64,000 nt of DNA, taken from contig CM060731.1 of NCBI GenBank assembly GCA_030704615.1, forward strand, positions 12,710,001 through 12,774,000, read 5' to 3'. Source of the stretch: Takakia lepidozioides (taxonomy: Eukaryota; Plantae; Bryophyta). The notes beneath the pieces are model-generated. The model worked only from the letters and a program-made list of their open reading frames with translations, was not told the DNA's origin and did not search any database. Numbering within the stretch: the first letter of the stretch is position 1; every line of letters begins with the position of its first letter. Of this stretch, positions 25,951 through 38,528 are shown piece by piece. Both the position numbers and the translations under genes were made by a program.

Positions 25951-28227
25951 GAGCGGTGCGAGGCGATCGATGACACACGGGTGAAAGCAAGCTACGGTGT
26001 CTAGAAAAAATCCATTGTGTGGCCTACACAAGAAGTCCCAAGATTTTTCATAGTTTTGATTTGATGATTATGAAAAGGGTTTAGGGTTTAGGATTTAGTC
26101 GATAGAGTCATCCATGCTGAAAGATGTGAACCATCTAAAGTTGACAGTAATAGACACTATGGCATTATTTCTATTTTTCCTAGTACAAGCTATTATTTCT
26201 ATTTTTTAATTATATTTTATATATTTAATATTTTCGTTATATCGCATAGTGGGACTCGGGCTACTCTTCATCTAAATGAAACGTATCTTTTACTGAAACA
26301 AGTCCATTGTTTTACTAGATGAAATGAGACTCACTCTTATGTTTCCAACTACTACAAGCTATAATCTTTAAATTTTCACGTAGACATGAAGTGGATTTGT
26401 CGAAGTAATGGACTTTGGAAAATTGCATATGCAATGTCATACTAGTCCTTAAAAAGACTTCTTATGGACTTTTTGCACTCACTATAGAAAACAAATATGA
26501 TAAAAGGGACTCATATTAGTATTTATCTACTCTTCAAGATACTAAAGTCCTATAGAAAACATTAAAAACAAAAACAAAAAATTCTCTAAGGTACAATTGA
26601 ATCAAACTATGTCATGTAAAACACTGTTGTGATCCAAAAATGTAGATACCATAGGCTACTTTCACCCACACATCCACGGCGTGCGAATGCTAACTATGCT
26701 ATTACAGTGTCAAAGGTTCAATGATCTCTGACATTGGAATATGGCGTTCAATATGTGGGGCCTTCCCTGGAGATCCTAGCAGTCAAGGTGTTTGACAATC
26801 TGCCGAGTGATATTCCTCCTGGTGCATTCATATTTACTCCCAACGAGTTACATGCTTTCAACGTGTTTATCTGATCACGTTTTTTAGTCAGTTCCAGTTG
26901 TTCTAGTTGAGTTGGTTAGAATCAGCTGTAAGTGTGTACATACAAGTTACGGTGTTTGTGAGAATCCCGTTCTCATGCTCTGATGAACTCTTTTCCCTAT
27001 GCTTTCTGTATGCATTTGCTAATGTAGCCTGAGAGTTTGAAATTATTTTCAGTCAAATTTCAGCCCAATTGGTTACAAGTTTGGCAACCTAAAAGTTGGG
27101 GAGCTAACCAACACTCTAATCATTTGGGGGCAGAACTTGGGCCTTTGACTTGCTGCAATTGGCACAATTGTCCTCCAGTGCCATTGAGGTGCATTGTTCT
27201 CTTTTATTTTTACACAAGGATTTTTTATTTGTTTTTGATGTTTTGACACAAAATGGATGCCGATGTGCATTTCACAGAAGAGTGCCAATTGAGATTTCAC
27301 AAGTGCGGTAGATTTTAAGTTCCACCATATCCATTTGTTTGGTTGAACGCTTGGATGTCATTGTCCCACATCATCTTTTGTCCATGATGACCAGGTTTAC
27401 TTCAAGGCTTTGCAGACCTTCAACTTTAAACCGACCATGGGATATATGTGTGTCATGCTATACCTATAACAATGATAATTTGTGTTTTGTATAAATTGGG
27501 AACAGTTGCCTGTAGGTTTGAAGTCCTCACTTGAAGGTTGCCTTGGCATTGCTAGAAGGAAGGAAGCTGGTTCAAGGGTTCATTTACACGTATACTTGTC
27601 CATTGAGACATCACTGTATGTAAGTTAGGTGTTGATCGATTCCTGGATTGTGTAGTTTGAGCTTACTTTTCTAGCTGTTGGAAACTTGAGTTGGTGGAGA
27701 GCTGCTATAGTGCGGATTACATTGGTGTTTGGGAGTGTTTCTATGCTTTGAACACATTGTTGGATCTGCTAATGCTGAGTGGAACTGAGTGCTGGTTGAG
27801 TGGGAAATGTGTTGAGTGGAGAGGTGAGAGTGCAAGCGAGAATTCTACTCCGGGGAAGTCTTAGGACTTAGGTTAGAGTTGTCGGTCGGTGTTTTCGGCT
27901 TGGAGTTCTTGGCGAAACTGCTTGGATATAACGGTATTGCTCAATTATGTTCCCTGATTGGATGGATAGTACAGATCTGATGAGAGTATTCACTGGTCAT
28001 GGACCACTTCAATGTTTCACATATGTCCTCGTTAGATTACGGATGTGCAAGTTTGGACATGCTGATGGACGTTTTACATGTCTTAGCAAATAGCACTGTA
28101 CCTGAAACTTGTTGTCTCTAATTCTTCCCTTCTCGGCTACTCTTTGATACAAAGTGAGATTTTTTTTTCTGCAAGCTGGAATTGAGGCATAATTGTGCAG
28201 GCTGACCAATGTTTTTGTGATGTACAG

Positions 28228-28491
28228 GTCTTAGTGGTAGTATTTGTGATGGTCTCAGCATGGCTTACTACGAATTTTTCTCAGATTCCACAGTTGAGTT
28301 CAAGGACTATGGCACGTCCTTGTTGAACCTCTTTGTGCTGCTCACTACTGCAAACAGTCCAACTGTTTGGGCTACAACTTATCATACAAATCGATTGGCG
28401 TTTTTTTTTCTTCTCCACATATTTGCTTGTGGGCTTCTTCTTCTTGATGAACTTAGTTTTTTCTGTGATTTATAGCAACTACAAATCTTAG
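28228..28491 (+). pseudogene. Two-pore channel (TPC-like) exon remnant: S5-pore-S6 of domain I
   Basis: FKDYGTSLLNLFVLLTTANSPTVW...FFFLMNLVFSVIYSNYK resembles the TPC pore/S6 signature. Bounded by AG and GT. Frameshifts and an in-frame TAG. Confidence 0.7.
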
Positions 28492-29000
28492 GTATTGTCA
28501 ATTTTGCACGGATCTATATAGTGATTTTTGGAAAGAGTTCTTATGGCATACAAACACCTAAAAGTTTAATCAGTTGAATATTGACCTGTTGTGAAGAAAG
28601 ATTAGAACAGTGGAGTTTTATTTTTGTTATGAAATTCTCTCCATATATATAGAGTTTGTGTACGTACTTCATGTGATTCTTCTTTCACAAGCCTAGGAAT
28701 GGTTCTTCTGGAGGTCAAGCAAGACATTGTCTTTTGTGAGACATTTTTATTAATGTAGATGAGCACCTTCAGGCATCTTGACATTGCGTGTATTTGTAAG
28801 CACCTCGCTTTTTGTATTTGAGAGTCTACATGTAGTGTTTAAGACTATAGTCCTACACATAGGAGTGGTGTATGGACAATGATATCTTTCAATTCAGATT
28901 TTTTTTTTTTTTTTTTTTTTCTTTGTTGCCATCATTTGATGTTGTCAGCTTGCATCTTTGCAAAATGTGCATTGTAGAAATGCGGTGCTCTCATACAATC

Positions 29001-29470
29001 ACCAGTGTTGGACTGGTATATAGGTGAAGGACTGGTATATAATATTGGTATATGCAGTGGTATTAGATACCAGACTAGGCTGGTATCAGTTCTTTCATAC
29101 CAGCCACAATACCAGTACTCCCCCACCGTCTTCCTCATTTACTCTGGTATGTATACTGAATTAATTTATGTGTACATATGCCTATATATGCGTACTTAAG
29201 TATATTTACTTCTTTATGTATATTTTATTTGTTTTTATTTGATACTTGCCATTTGATAAATTTGTAACTCAAGATGGCTTTGGAATGATACCAGAGTTGA
29301 CATCTCATACTAGTTGGTATTGTGGTCATGATACTCATATTCATACCAGTATCTGGAGAAAAAAATACATCCACCACTATATAGACCAGACTGGTATGAA
29401 AGTTTTGTGATAAGCCTGGTACCAGGACCAGTCTGGTATATAAAAAACTTCATACCAGTCCAACACTGGT
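29001..29470. mobile_element. MITE with 19-bp terminal inverted repeats (hAT-like)
   Basis: ACCAGTGTTGGACTGGTAT at 29001 and ATACCAGTCCAACACTGGT ending at 29470; many subterminal CTGGTAT/ATACCAG words; no clean TSD. Confidence 0.75.
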
Positions 29471-32015
29471 TTGCACTGGTAGGGGTGGTGTTGGTGGGAA
29501 ATAATTGTGTTGATGCTTGGACTGGTTTTATATTTGCAAAGTTGAGGTCTGGATTATATTAGTTATAATTAGCATTTGAGCTGCGTGTAAGTTTCACTTG
29601 AGGATTACTTGTACGCTTGGAACGAACTTTTCTTGAAGTAAGACATTTAGAATGGAGGTTATTTGTGTATACTGAGCTCTTAGGTAGTGACCTCCTAGAC
29701 TGGTTGTTGCATCATGCCATATAGTTGAGGACACATGGTCTTCTTTCTGTGTCATCGTTTAAATAGCTCTCAATAATGCTCTCAAGTGTGAGCTTGCTCA
29801 GGTTTCCTCCCTCATATACATTGAATGTTCTATTTTATTAACAGCAAATGGTGCTAGTCTAGCATTGCACTAAGAACTTTTTCCTCGTCATCACATGCCT
29901 AAGTTTGGAGAGGGGAGGAATTGCCCCTTTGATTGCAGCTCCAACTCAATTCTGATTGGACGAGTAAATCAGATTCAACCGGTTCAATGTGCTCTAGAAC
30001 CACGAGTTCTTACAGAAGGCCAATGTGCGAACTTGCATTGGACAACTCATTGCACTAATGATCGATTTTCAGGCACTGCCTCGGACTCCCGCCCTCGGGC
30101 AGTGCCCTTATATTGAGGAATGCCCTCCACTAGGGGCCTTCCCCTATACATAATTGGCCGCCCGCAAAGATTCCTTAGCCTAGAAAACAACATGGACAAC
30201 AACCTCAAAATCCAATTGCCCTCGGCTGTTTCGGAGGAATGCTCTTGTGGATCTCATGAGCTTTGCTTACATAGAGGTGCAGTGTATCCATGTATATCTA
30301 TTAACAGTCGGGAGTAGGAAAAAAATATATATTTAGACAAGTTTAACACATTAACAGGTATGAAGGGATTAATTGTAGCACATTAACATTTACAGAAGGT
30401 AACATTTAACAAATATAAGATTTATGGAATTAACACTTATGAAACAAATGGAAGATAATAGGAATAATGTAAGAACTTAATGCACACGTGCAACCTCTGA
30501 CAGGATGGTACGCCAGTTTCCGGCATGTCAAATCTTCCCCACCCTCCTTGAGAGTGACATGGAACTAAAGGAGTGTAAACTTGAGTCGGGGTTACACTGG
30601 ATTACAGGACGAGGTGTGTAACCACCACGGTGTACAACTCTCTCGGGGTTACACAGAATGGAGTGTAACTCCTCTCGGTGTAACTCACACTTGGTCTCAA
30701 AATTTGACTAAGTTCAAATTTGGTCAAGTAAAAAATGGACTAACCAGAGTTACATGAAAAACCAGGGTTACAGAGGGTTACACCAATTGGAGGGTTATAT
30801 TACGTGGGTTACACCGACCAAGGTTACACTACAAGCGCCTCCCATCAAGAATCAAACCCTGAACCTCACCGCCTACTACGCCATCACCTTGCCACCCCAC
30901 TACCCACCACAGCTTGGAACCTACTTGGATTCTTAAATATTTATAATAGTGAAATTGAGGTAAGAGGGGGTGGGGAGGATTTAGTAGGGGGCCCGCCGGA
31001 GAAGCCCAGGCTTCCGGAATCCGGCGAAAGTACTATCAAATCACACGCGTCCATTAAGTTCTTACATTAATCCTTTTTGTCTTCCGAAACAAAGTGTAAC
31101 TATATGGAGTCATTTGTTATGGCTAGGAAATATGAATCGATGGTGGTCAGATGAGTATCTCTAATATGCATGTCATCGCGTTTCATGGCTAAAATAGTTT
31201 TCATAAGGTCATAAGGCCTTTGTTCCAAATATTGAGAAATTGTAGCTATGGCCATTTTGGCATCCTTGAATGCGTACACTCCTTGGCTCGATCAACGTAT
31301 TGGCTTCTGATCTGATCAGTTTAGTATTACCTCATGCTTACTTTCCAGTCTCATGCTTGGTTATGTTTTAGGATGTAATTTTATCATAATCTAATCTAGT
31401 GGGAACTTATAATTATGGACATATCTCGCGTTAGGTGAAGCCTTAGGGTGCACTTAACATTTATTGAGGGCAAATTAAAAAAGAGGGAAGTAAACAACTG
31501 TTAACAAATAACACTTAACATTTGCTAGTGTGCACAAGTAGGGGAGTAGAAATTTCGTAACATTTATGGTAGTTCAACGTTTATAAAGGTAACATTTATC
31601 CAGGGCAGACTGTACTATCCGGCCTGCTCCTTCCGAGGAAGCTTACGGGCAGCTTACAACTAGTCTGCACACAAAGGGGTGCTCCTGACACAGGTCGTCC
31701 GTGGCAGCACACCCGTGTTACCAGGCAGGGGCTAAATTTGCTGTTAAGTATGTTGCCGAGATGGAGTATAAAGTGTGTGCGAGCTGATTGCTAAACATCT
31801 GCCTGCATTTGGGTGGAAGTTCACATCGCTTCGATCGAGGCCAAGGAACGGGTAAGGATCCCACAATTTTGTAATGAGCAACTCGCTGTTGATCTAGTTT
31901 AAGAGCTGTTTAGTGGGTTATATAAGTCTTGGCGAGATTCCTCGACCACATCTAGTTTGTGAAATCCGGGTTCCCTGCTTTGCAAAGCACATTGATTCTG
32001 AGGAAAGAAGGCAAG

Positions 32016-33243
32016 ATGTCCAGGGCAATTGTACTGGAAAGCTTCAATGAGAGTGACATCAATCCTGTGGCGTCACTGAAATTAGTCACAAAGGCATTGC
32101 CCCAGGCCGCCGAGCCAGGGCAGGTGGTGGTGCGTATCACACTGCGCCCCATTAACCCCACCGACCTTATTACCATCCGGACAGGGTGATATTCAGGGCG
32201 AGCGGTTCGAACGTTGAGTGGGGCCCCAACTCCAGGCTCTGAAGGCTTCGGCATTGTCGATGCGGTAAGCACAATGTCCCATTGAAATGTACTGCATCAA
32301 TTATGTACGTCCAGGCTGCACACTACAGTTGGGGTCATCAAGACCTGTGACATCTTTCTTTACTTAATAGCGATGTGTGCATCTCTGGGAAAATGATACC
32401 CTTATGTAAGGTAAGAATGGCAACATAGTGTTCCCAGGACTAAATGGTTTAATGCAAGTCGGGGAGGGAGTGACGAAGGTGAAGCCTGGGCAAAGAGTGG
32501 TGCCCTTATTGTACTGGGATTCCACAAAGCAGGGAGAGGGATCATGGCAGGAGTACGTTTCTGTGAGACAAGAGATGGTATGGCCAGTCCCAGACTCCAT
32601 CTCAGATGAGACGGCTGCGCAGTTTGTGATCGGTCCGTGGACGGCCTACGGATTGTTGCACGATCTTGCTGTTCCTAAAGGGGACTATGTATTGCAAACT
32701 GCTGCTGGCTCCGTACTTGGTAGACAAGTGATACAATTGGCCAAGCACTGGCATCAAGAGCATCAACATCGTTCGCCGCAGCGAACAAAAGGAGGAGCTC
32801 AAGGCTCTAGGTGCTGATGAGGTCATATGCTCCAGTGATGAAGATGTAGTAGCAAGGGTGAAGGAGATCACAGGAACACGCTTGTGTATGGAGCTCTAGA
32901 TGCTGTTGGTGGGGAGCTCACCAAGAAGGTGTGTGCAAGTGTGAGATCCGGAGGTCAGGTATTCATGTATGGAGGGCTGGCAAGTCACGATGCCGTAGTT
33001 GGCATCCTAGACCTGCTCAAGCCGGTTCATCTGACAAGATGGAGTATCTTCGGTCACTTTGACACTGATGACAAGCCTCAGAGCTTCATTGACACCTTCA
33101 GTGACGAGGTCTCCAAGCTGCTGGATGCTAAGATTATTCAGCCTCTTGCAGGAGAAAAGTTCGATCTTACTGATTTCAAAACTGCCATAAGAAGGTCCGA
33201 GGAAGCTGGTCACGCTGGAGGAAAGGTGCTTCTCACAAGCTAA
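32016..33243 (+). pseudogene. Third MDR/ETR-like paralogue (pseudogene)
   Basis: In-frame TGA at 32187, splice acceptor mutated AG>AA at ~32457, frameshifts at ~32750 and ~32880. Confidence 0.9.
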
Positions 33244-36200
33244 TTTCCTCAGCATCGCATTCTCTCTCTCTACTATCACCCTAGTGTTTCACATATTGCA
33301 AGCCAGAACGAACCCCACGATAGAGCAATCCAAAGTGAAGAATCATGAGCTTCACTATGAACAACAGAGAGAGCATGCCTGCTATGGTGGTACTCCTGTT
33401 GAGGATGGATATGGTGCAAGTCACTCCAGAGCCTCCATCTATCAGTACATCAGTTAGTTCTGTGCTTCCAATTCTCAATTGGATTACTGGCATAGAATCA
33501 TCAAAGTCCATGACTGTTTCTCGCCCTTCCGGCTTCACATTATAACTGGTCACCTTGCTGTTCAGGTCTGTGTTTCCTGTCTCCTGGGCAATTCGATTGA
33601 TTGCTTGATACAGCCCGTGTCTACAATAAGGTGCCACAGCCAATAGTTGTCCAATGGTAATCTCCGCTTTGGTCTGGCATATTACTTCAGCCAAAGTCCC
33701 TTCATTACTTTGCATGTCTGCAGCTTCTTTCTTCCTTTCATCCTCACTCACTTCTTCTTCTCCATCAGAATCAGAGGAATCTGCCACAGGAATATCAGTA
33801 CTCTTCTGCATTTCCCTTATGGTATCTGCCACTTCCTTGTGCAGTTCCTTCTCATCTCTCCAAGCCTCATCATCTTCAGGCATATCACTGCCACCTTCAT
33901 TATCATCATCTTCCTCAACTACTGGAGGTATTAGTTTGGCTTTGCTTCTTGTTACTATCATTGCACTTACTTCTGGTACAACACATGGCCTAACCATGTG
34001 AGCTGCCACCACTGGGCCCTCATTCACAGGAGCTCTCATCTCATTCTGGTGTCTAATCCAGAATGAACAGGCTGCCTTGCGATGTCCTGGCTGATTACAA
34101 TAGTAACACAGTTCTTCACCATTGGGTCCTCGCCCTTGGTCTGCTCTTGGATTATTTCTGTAATCCTGATTCCCGGGCTGGTAATTCCCCCTTGGATTAC
34201 CCTGATAGTTGCCTCTGGAATTTCCTTGATAATTCCCTCTTGAATTACCTCTCCCTTCCATGCCATTGTTATAACCACCAGACCTACCATAGTGGTCCTG
34301 ATCATTGTTTCTTCTTGGCTGGGGCTGCACCTGATGCACCCTTACTTGCCTAGGTTCTCTTGCAGCTGTCCTTCTGTTGTAGTAACAATTCTCAATAGAA
34401 TGGTTATCCATTTTACAGATAGTACAATGTTTCTCCTTCATGTGGCATTCAGTGGTGGTATGGCCTTCATTCTGGCACTTTGCACATCATACACCCTTCC
34501 TCCAATGTGTTGCAGCCTCTGTGGCATACTTCTTCAAGATTTCTTCTAATCTTTTCTCATAGTTATCCCTCTTCAACTTCTCCTTTCTCTTACTTTTCCT
34601 TTTTAGTTCTTGCTCTTCTTCTTCATCTGATTCATCCTCAGAGTCCTCATCATCCTTTTTCTCTCTCCTGAGCATTTCCAATTGCTCAATTCTGTTTGCA
34701 GTTTCAAATGCCTCCTCCACTGTATTATGGGGTAACATATCCACTTTCTTTTGCAACTCTGGTCTTAGTCCACTCACAAACCAAGTCTTCTGTAAACCTG
34801 GTGCCGGTACAGCAGCCAGCTTTTTCATCATCAATTCCATCTTTTCCATATACTCCTCAAACAGTTTCATGCTTCATTTGCTTTAACTGTTGTAAACTTC
34901 TATACACTTCATCCTCAGTTTTACTTGTCCTGAACCTATTTCAGAATGATGTATTCAAGCCATTCCAGGTTAGGAAATGATTATCAGGGAATCTTGCATA
35001 CCATTCACTTGTTTTGTTGATAAGTGAACAAGGAAACAATCTCATCTTGGCGTCATCGCCATTCTCATTGTTCACTATATACATGTGCTCAAATTGGCTA
35101 ATGTGTACATCGGGATCCCTTTTTCCTGAATATATTGGAAAAGGTGGTTTTGCCCGTGTTGGTTGTAACGCCATCTGTGGTCCTACCTTCTGCCCACTGA
35201 CAGGTGCTGGCACCCTTGCTGGTGCTGGTCCTTCTCTGTTGTTGTTGTGGTGGATCTTCCACCAAGTGGTGGCCCTTGAGCACTCCCTGCTATTGGCCCC
35301 ACGATATTCACAGTATTCCCAGCTCCAGTTGCACTACTTCCCACACTCCCTGTCCCCCCCAGAGCCAGATCCAGGCAGCCCGCCTGATCCCCCTGAGCCG
35401 ACATCTTCGTTGGTTTGTGATCCAAGTGCTCCACTTGATCCAGGTCCAATGGGTTGGGATGTCCTGGTTGTAGTCTCAACCTCAGCTGTTGGGTCTACTT
35501 CTTCATACTCTTCCTCTTCCAATTTCTTCTCTCTTTTTCATCCTCCAAGTTCTGCCCTTGGGTTTCTTCTTCACTCATGTAACTCAACTGCAATGGTGTT
35601 GGAGAGTCTGAACTCTCCGTTGGCTCTGCCACATCCTCTCCTCCTTCTTCTCCTTCCGCTTCAGAAACTGGAGTTCCTGCTTTTGGTGTTCCATGCCAAC
35701 TCTTATCAAAGATTTCTGTCAAATTTTATCCAGGGATGTACCTCAGATCTTTCACCTTGTGATTGATCTTCTTCCCGTACCAATTCCCTTAATCTTTCTT
35801 GCAAAGAAAAAGAAGGAGTGGCATCCAACTCTTGTTCTTCCGGTATGGGTGATGTACTCTCTGATCTTAATGGTGTGAGAGGTCCAGATGATTCCCCTAT
35901 GTCTTCCTCTCTCCCAAAGATATGGATAATTAGCTTTCAGATAGCTTTCTCTTTTGCTGAATATCTCTCTGGCGTCTAGCTTCTCTTTCATCACTCATGT
36001 CCCATGTCTTTCATTTCTTTTGATGTGGCAATAACCAAAACTCTCTTCTGTAATATCTCTCATATATGCCTGGGTTTCTTTCAAGCTTCAATGCACCCTT
36101 GGCTATACTAGAAGTCTCCGTTACCATATAACCATATGGCAAACAAGTCTGGAAAGCTGTTCTTTGTGTGAGTTTGATCCACAAAATATCCTTTGGAATC

Positions 36201-36587
36201 CAATTCTTTACCAGTACAAGCTCTTCATGCATATGAGTATAAACATTCACCTTTCTTTCCTCCCAGCCTTCAAACTCTACTCGCTTAATGGATAGCAATG
36301 CTATCACATAAACCAGTGTTGGTAACCAACGTGCTCTTCCTCTACAGGCCACCTGATAAATCTTTATCACTCCTTTCTCCAAACCCCACTCAGGGTCAGC
36401 ATCATGCACTCTCTTAAGAATGTTTTCCTTACAACCGTCTGACAATTCCAAGAACCTCTAAAAGAATCGTTTGGACAATCTTTCCTTCTCAGTTTCACAA
36501 GGAATTTGATTCATATCAAATTCTTTAATTCTCCAACCACCATGATCCTACCAGATGCCTGTCACATCTGGTTCTTCATGACCCAGT

Positions 36588-36605
36588 TCCCCAGTATGGT
36601 CGCCA
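36588..36605 (-). other. Primer-binding site TGGCGACCATACTGGGGA
   Basis: Starts with TGG two bases after the LTR CA end; resembles the Tat/Ogre-type PBS TGGCGACTCCACTGGGGA. Confidence 0.75.
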
Positions 36606-37149
36606 AATGTCGCGCGGCTTTTACTCACCCATCCCTTCGCAGCTAGTGTATCATGGGGGTGTTTCCTATTTGTACTCCTTCCCGCATTCATGTTAGCGAG
36701 TTACCTTACTATCTACAATTAAGTAGCGGTTTGCTTCAGAAATCTATCAAGTTCCATCCATTCATTCCACAGCTTTACTCAGGTCTCTCTACACAGTGTG
36801 AGTATGAAGTATGTATCAGATTAATATCTATCAAGTATCAGGCTGAAGCCATGGTGTCTCTATTCTGCTCTACATTACAACTCTACTTCTTGCATTCAGC
36901 CAGTATCAACAGATCGTTTTCCTCCTACTCCGTGCTCTCCCTCTTTCTCCTCAGAGATGCGCTCTCCGCTTCATTTCCAAGTTCTGATCCCCCCCGAAGT
37001 GATCCTCCTCCAGTCCCCGCTCCTCGCTTTATCTTCTTTTCCGTGGTTCTAACCGTTTCCCTCACTAACCGTCATCCGTGAACTAACATGTTCCATTCAC
37101 GATGTGTTTCCCCACAGTCGTTCCATGTCCTGTTATCCGTTCCCTATGG

Positions 37150-37347
37150 TCGTGACAGCTGTGTCAAGCTATGACTGGTTGTGTGAAACTGTGACTGGGT
37201 GTGCGACTGTGTTGGGCTGTGTCGGGCTGTGTCGAACTGTGACTGGCTGTGGCGGCTGTGTCGGCTGTGTTGGACTGTGACGGGCTGTGTTGGCTGTGAC
37301 GAGCTGTGTCGGACTGTGACGGGCTGTGTTGGCTGTGACGGGCTGTG
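37150..37347. repeat. Short tandem repeat (CTGTGACGGG/CTGTGTCGG ~9-10-mers) within the LTR region
   Basis: Directly visible. Confidence 0.85.
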
Positions 37348-38528
37348 TAACCCCCCCCTAAAGTGCGCTACTGTCACCCCTAAGGCTCCTGTTGGTCTCA
37401 GTCTGTGCAAAAATTAAGGGTACCCCACAGATCCCGTAAAAGTGCCTAAGTCCCAGACAGTCCTCTAACAGAAAATCAGAACTTGGAAATGAAGTGGAGA
37501 GCGCATCTCTGAGCAGAAAGAGGGAGAGCACGGAGTATGAGGAGAACGATCTACTGATACTTGTTGAATGCAAGAAGTAGAGTTGTAATGTAGAGCAGAA
37601 TAGAGACACCATGGCTTCAGCCTAATACTTGATAGATATTAATCTGATACATACTTCATACTCACACTGTGTAGAGAGACCTGAGTGAAGCTGTGGAATG
37701 AATGGATGAGTTGATGGAATCTGATAGAATGCTGAAGCAATCTGATACTTAAATACCAACAGTAAGGTAACTAGCTAACATGAATACGGGAAGGAATACA
37801 AATAGGAAAACACCCCATGATACACTAGCTGTAGGTCATGACTGATTGTTCTGAGCGGGCTGAGTGCTTAGAGATTTCCAACTCTTCTATCTTGGAGTTC
37901 CCACCTCGGATAGCGAAGGGATGGGTGAGTAAAAGCCGCGCGACAACTGTGCAACGGGAAATCCAGTATACCACGGCAAAAGGACGTCGCATACTGGCCT
38001 GTATAGAGTATTCCGCGGTTTTACATGCCTTAACATTGGAATGTTGCTGACCTTTTGCGCGATTGATTGAACGAATGGAGTCTGCACCAATAGAGTCTGC
38101 AATACTTCACAATTCTGTCTTCTTCGGGTATTCGGCGGGAAAGGTTTGCGGCTGAATTGGGAAATAACGTGCCGCATTAGGGTTCGCACGTGCGAAATGT
38201 TGGGGCGGTTTGGTGTTGGCGAAGGCCGCATCTACCAGTACCTACGACGATACTTGGAAATGCGGCGCCGCATTTCCTTGCCGGAGGTCGAATGAGGAAA
38301 GCAAGTTTTGGGAGAGCGGAAAAACATGAACCCTCCAACACACAAAAAAACATGCACGTGGAAACAAGTGAACGACATAGTAATATCTTAGTTCGAGCAA
38401 AACAGGTTACTGGTAGGCAAGACATAAGTCGGACCTTTCTTTGGCCAGAGTCTGAGCTACTAGCAGCAGTACAGTTCTACTATCCGAAAAGGATGGGCGT
38501 ACCATTGTGTTGGGACCGCAAGCTAAGC

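Larger units (their letters stand above)
33420..37945 (-). mobile_element. 3'-truncated Ty3/Gypsy element: LTR, PBS, upstream ORF remnant, gag with two CCHC knuckles, start of protease
   Basis: Gag YSGKRDPDVHISQFE...KMRLFPCSL...EWY; knuckles CTICKMDNHSIENC and CYYCNQPGHRKAAC; protease VLIDGGSG, cut at ~33420. LTR ends ...GCGCGACA at 36608. Confidence 0.88.

Noticed and set aside
33281-33420. C-terminal tail of the 386-aa gag/protease ORF
   Set aside because: Read-through into flanking DNA after truncation at the protease motif.
35014-35766. 250-aa plus-strand ORF
   Set aside because: Antisense shadow of the Gypsy gag region.
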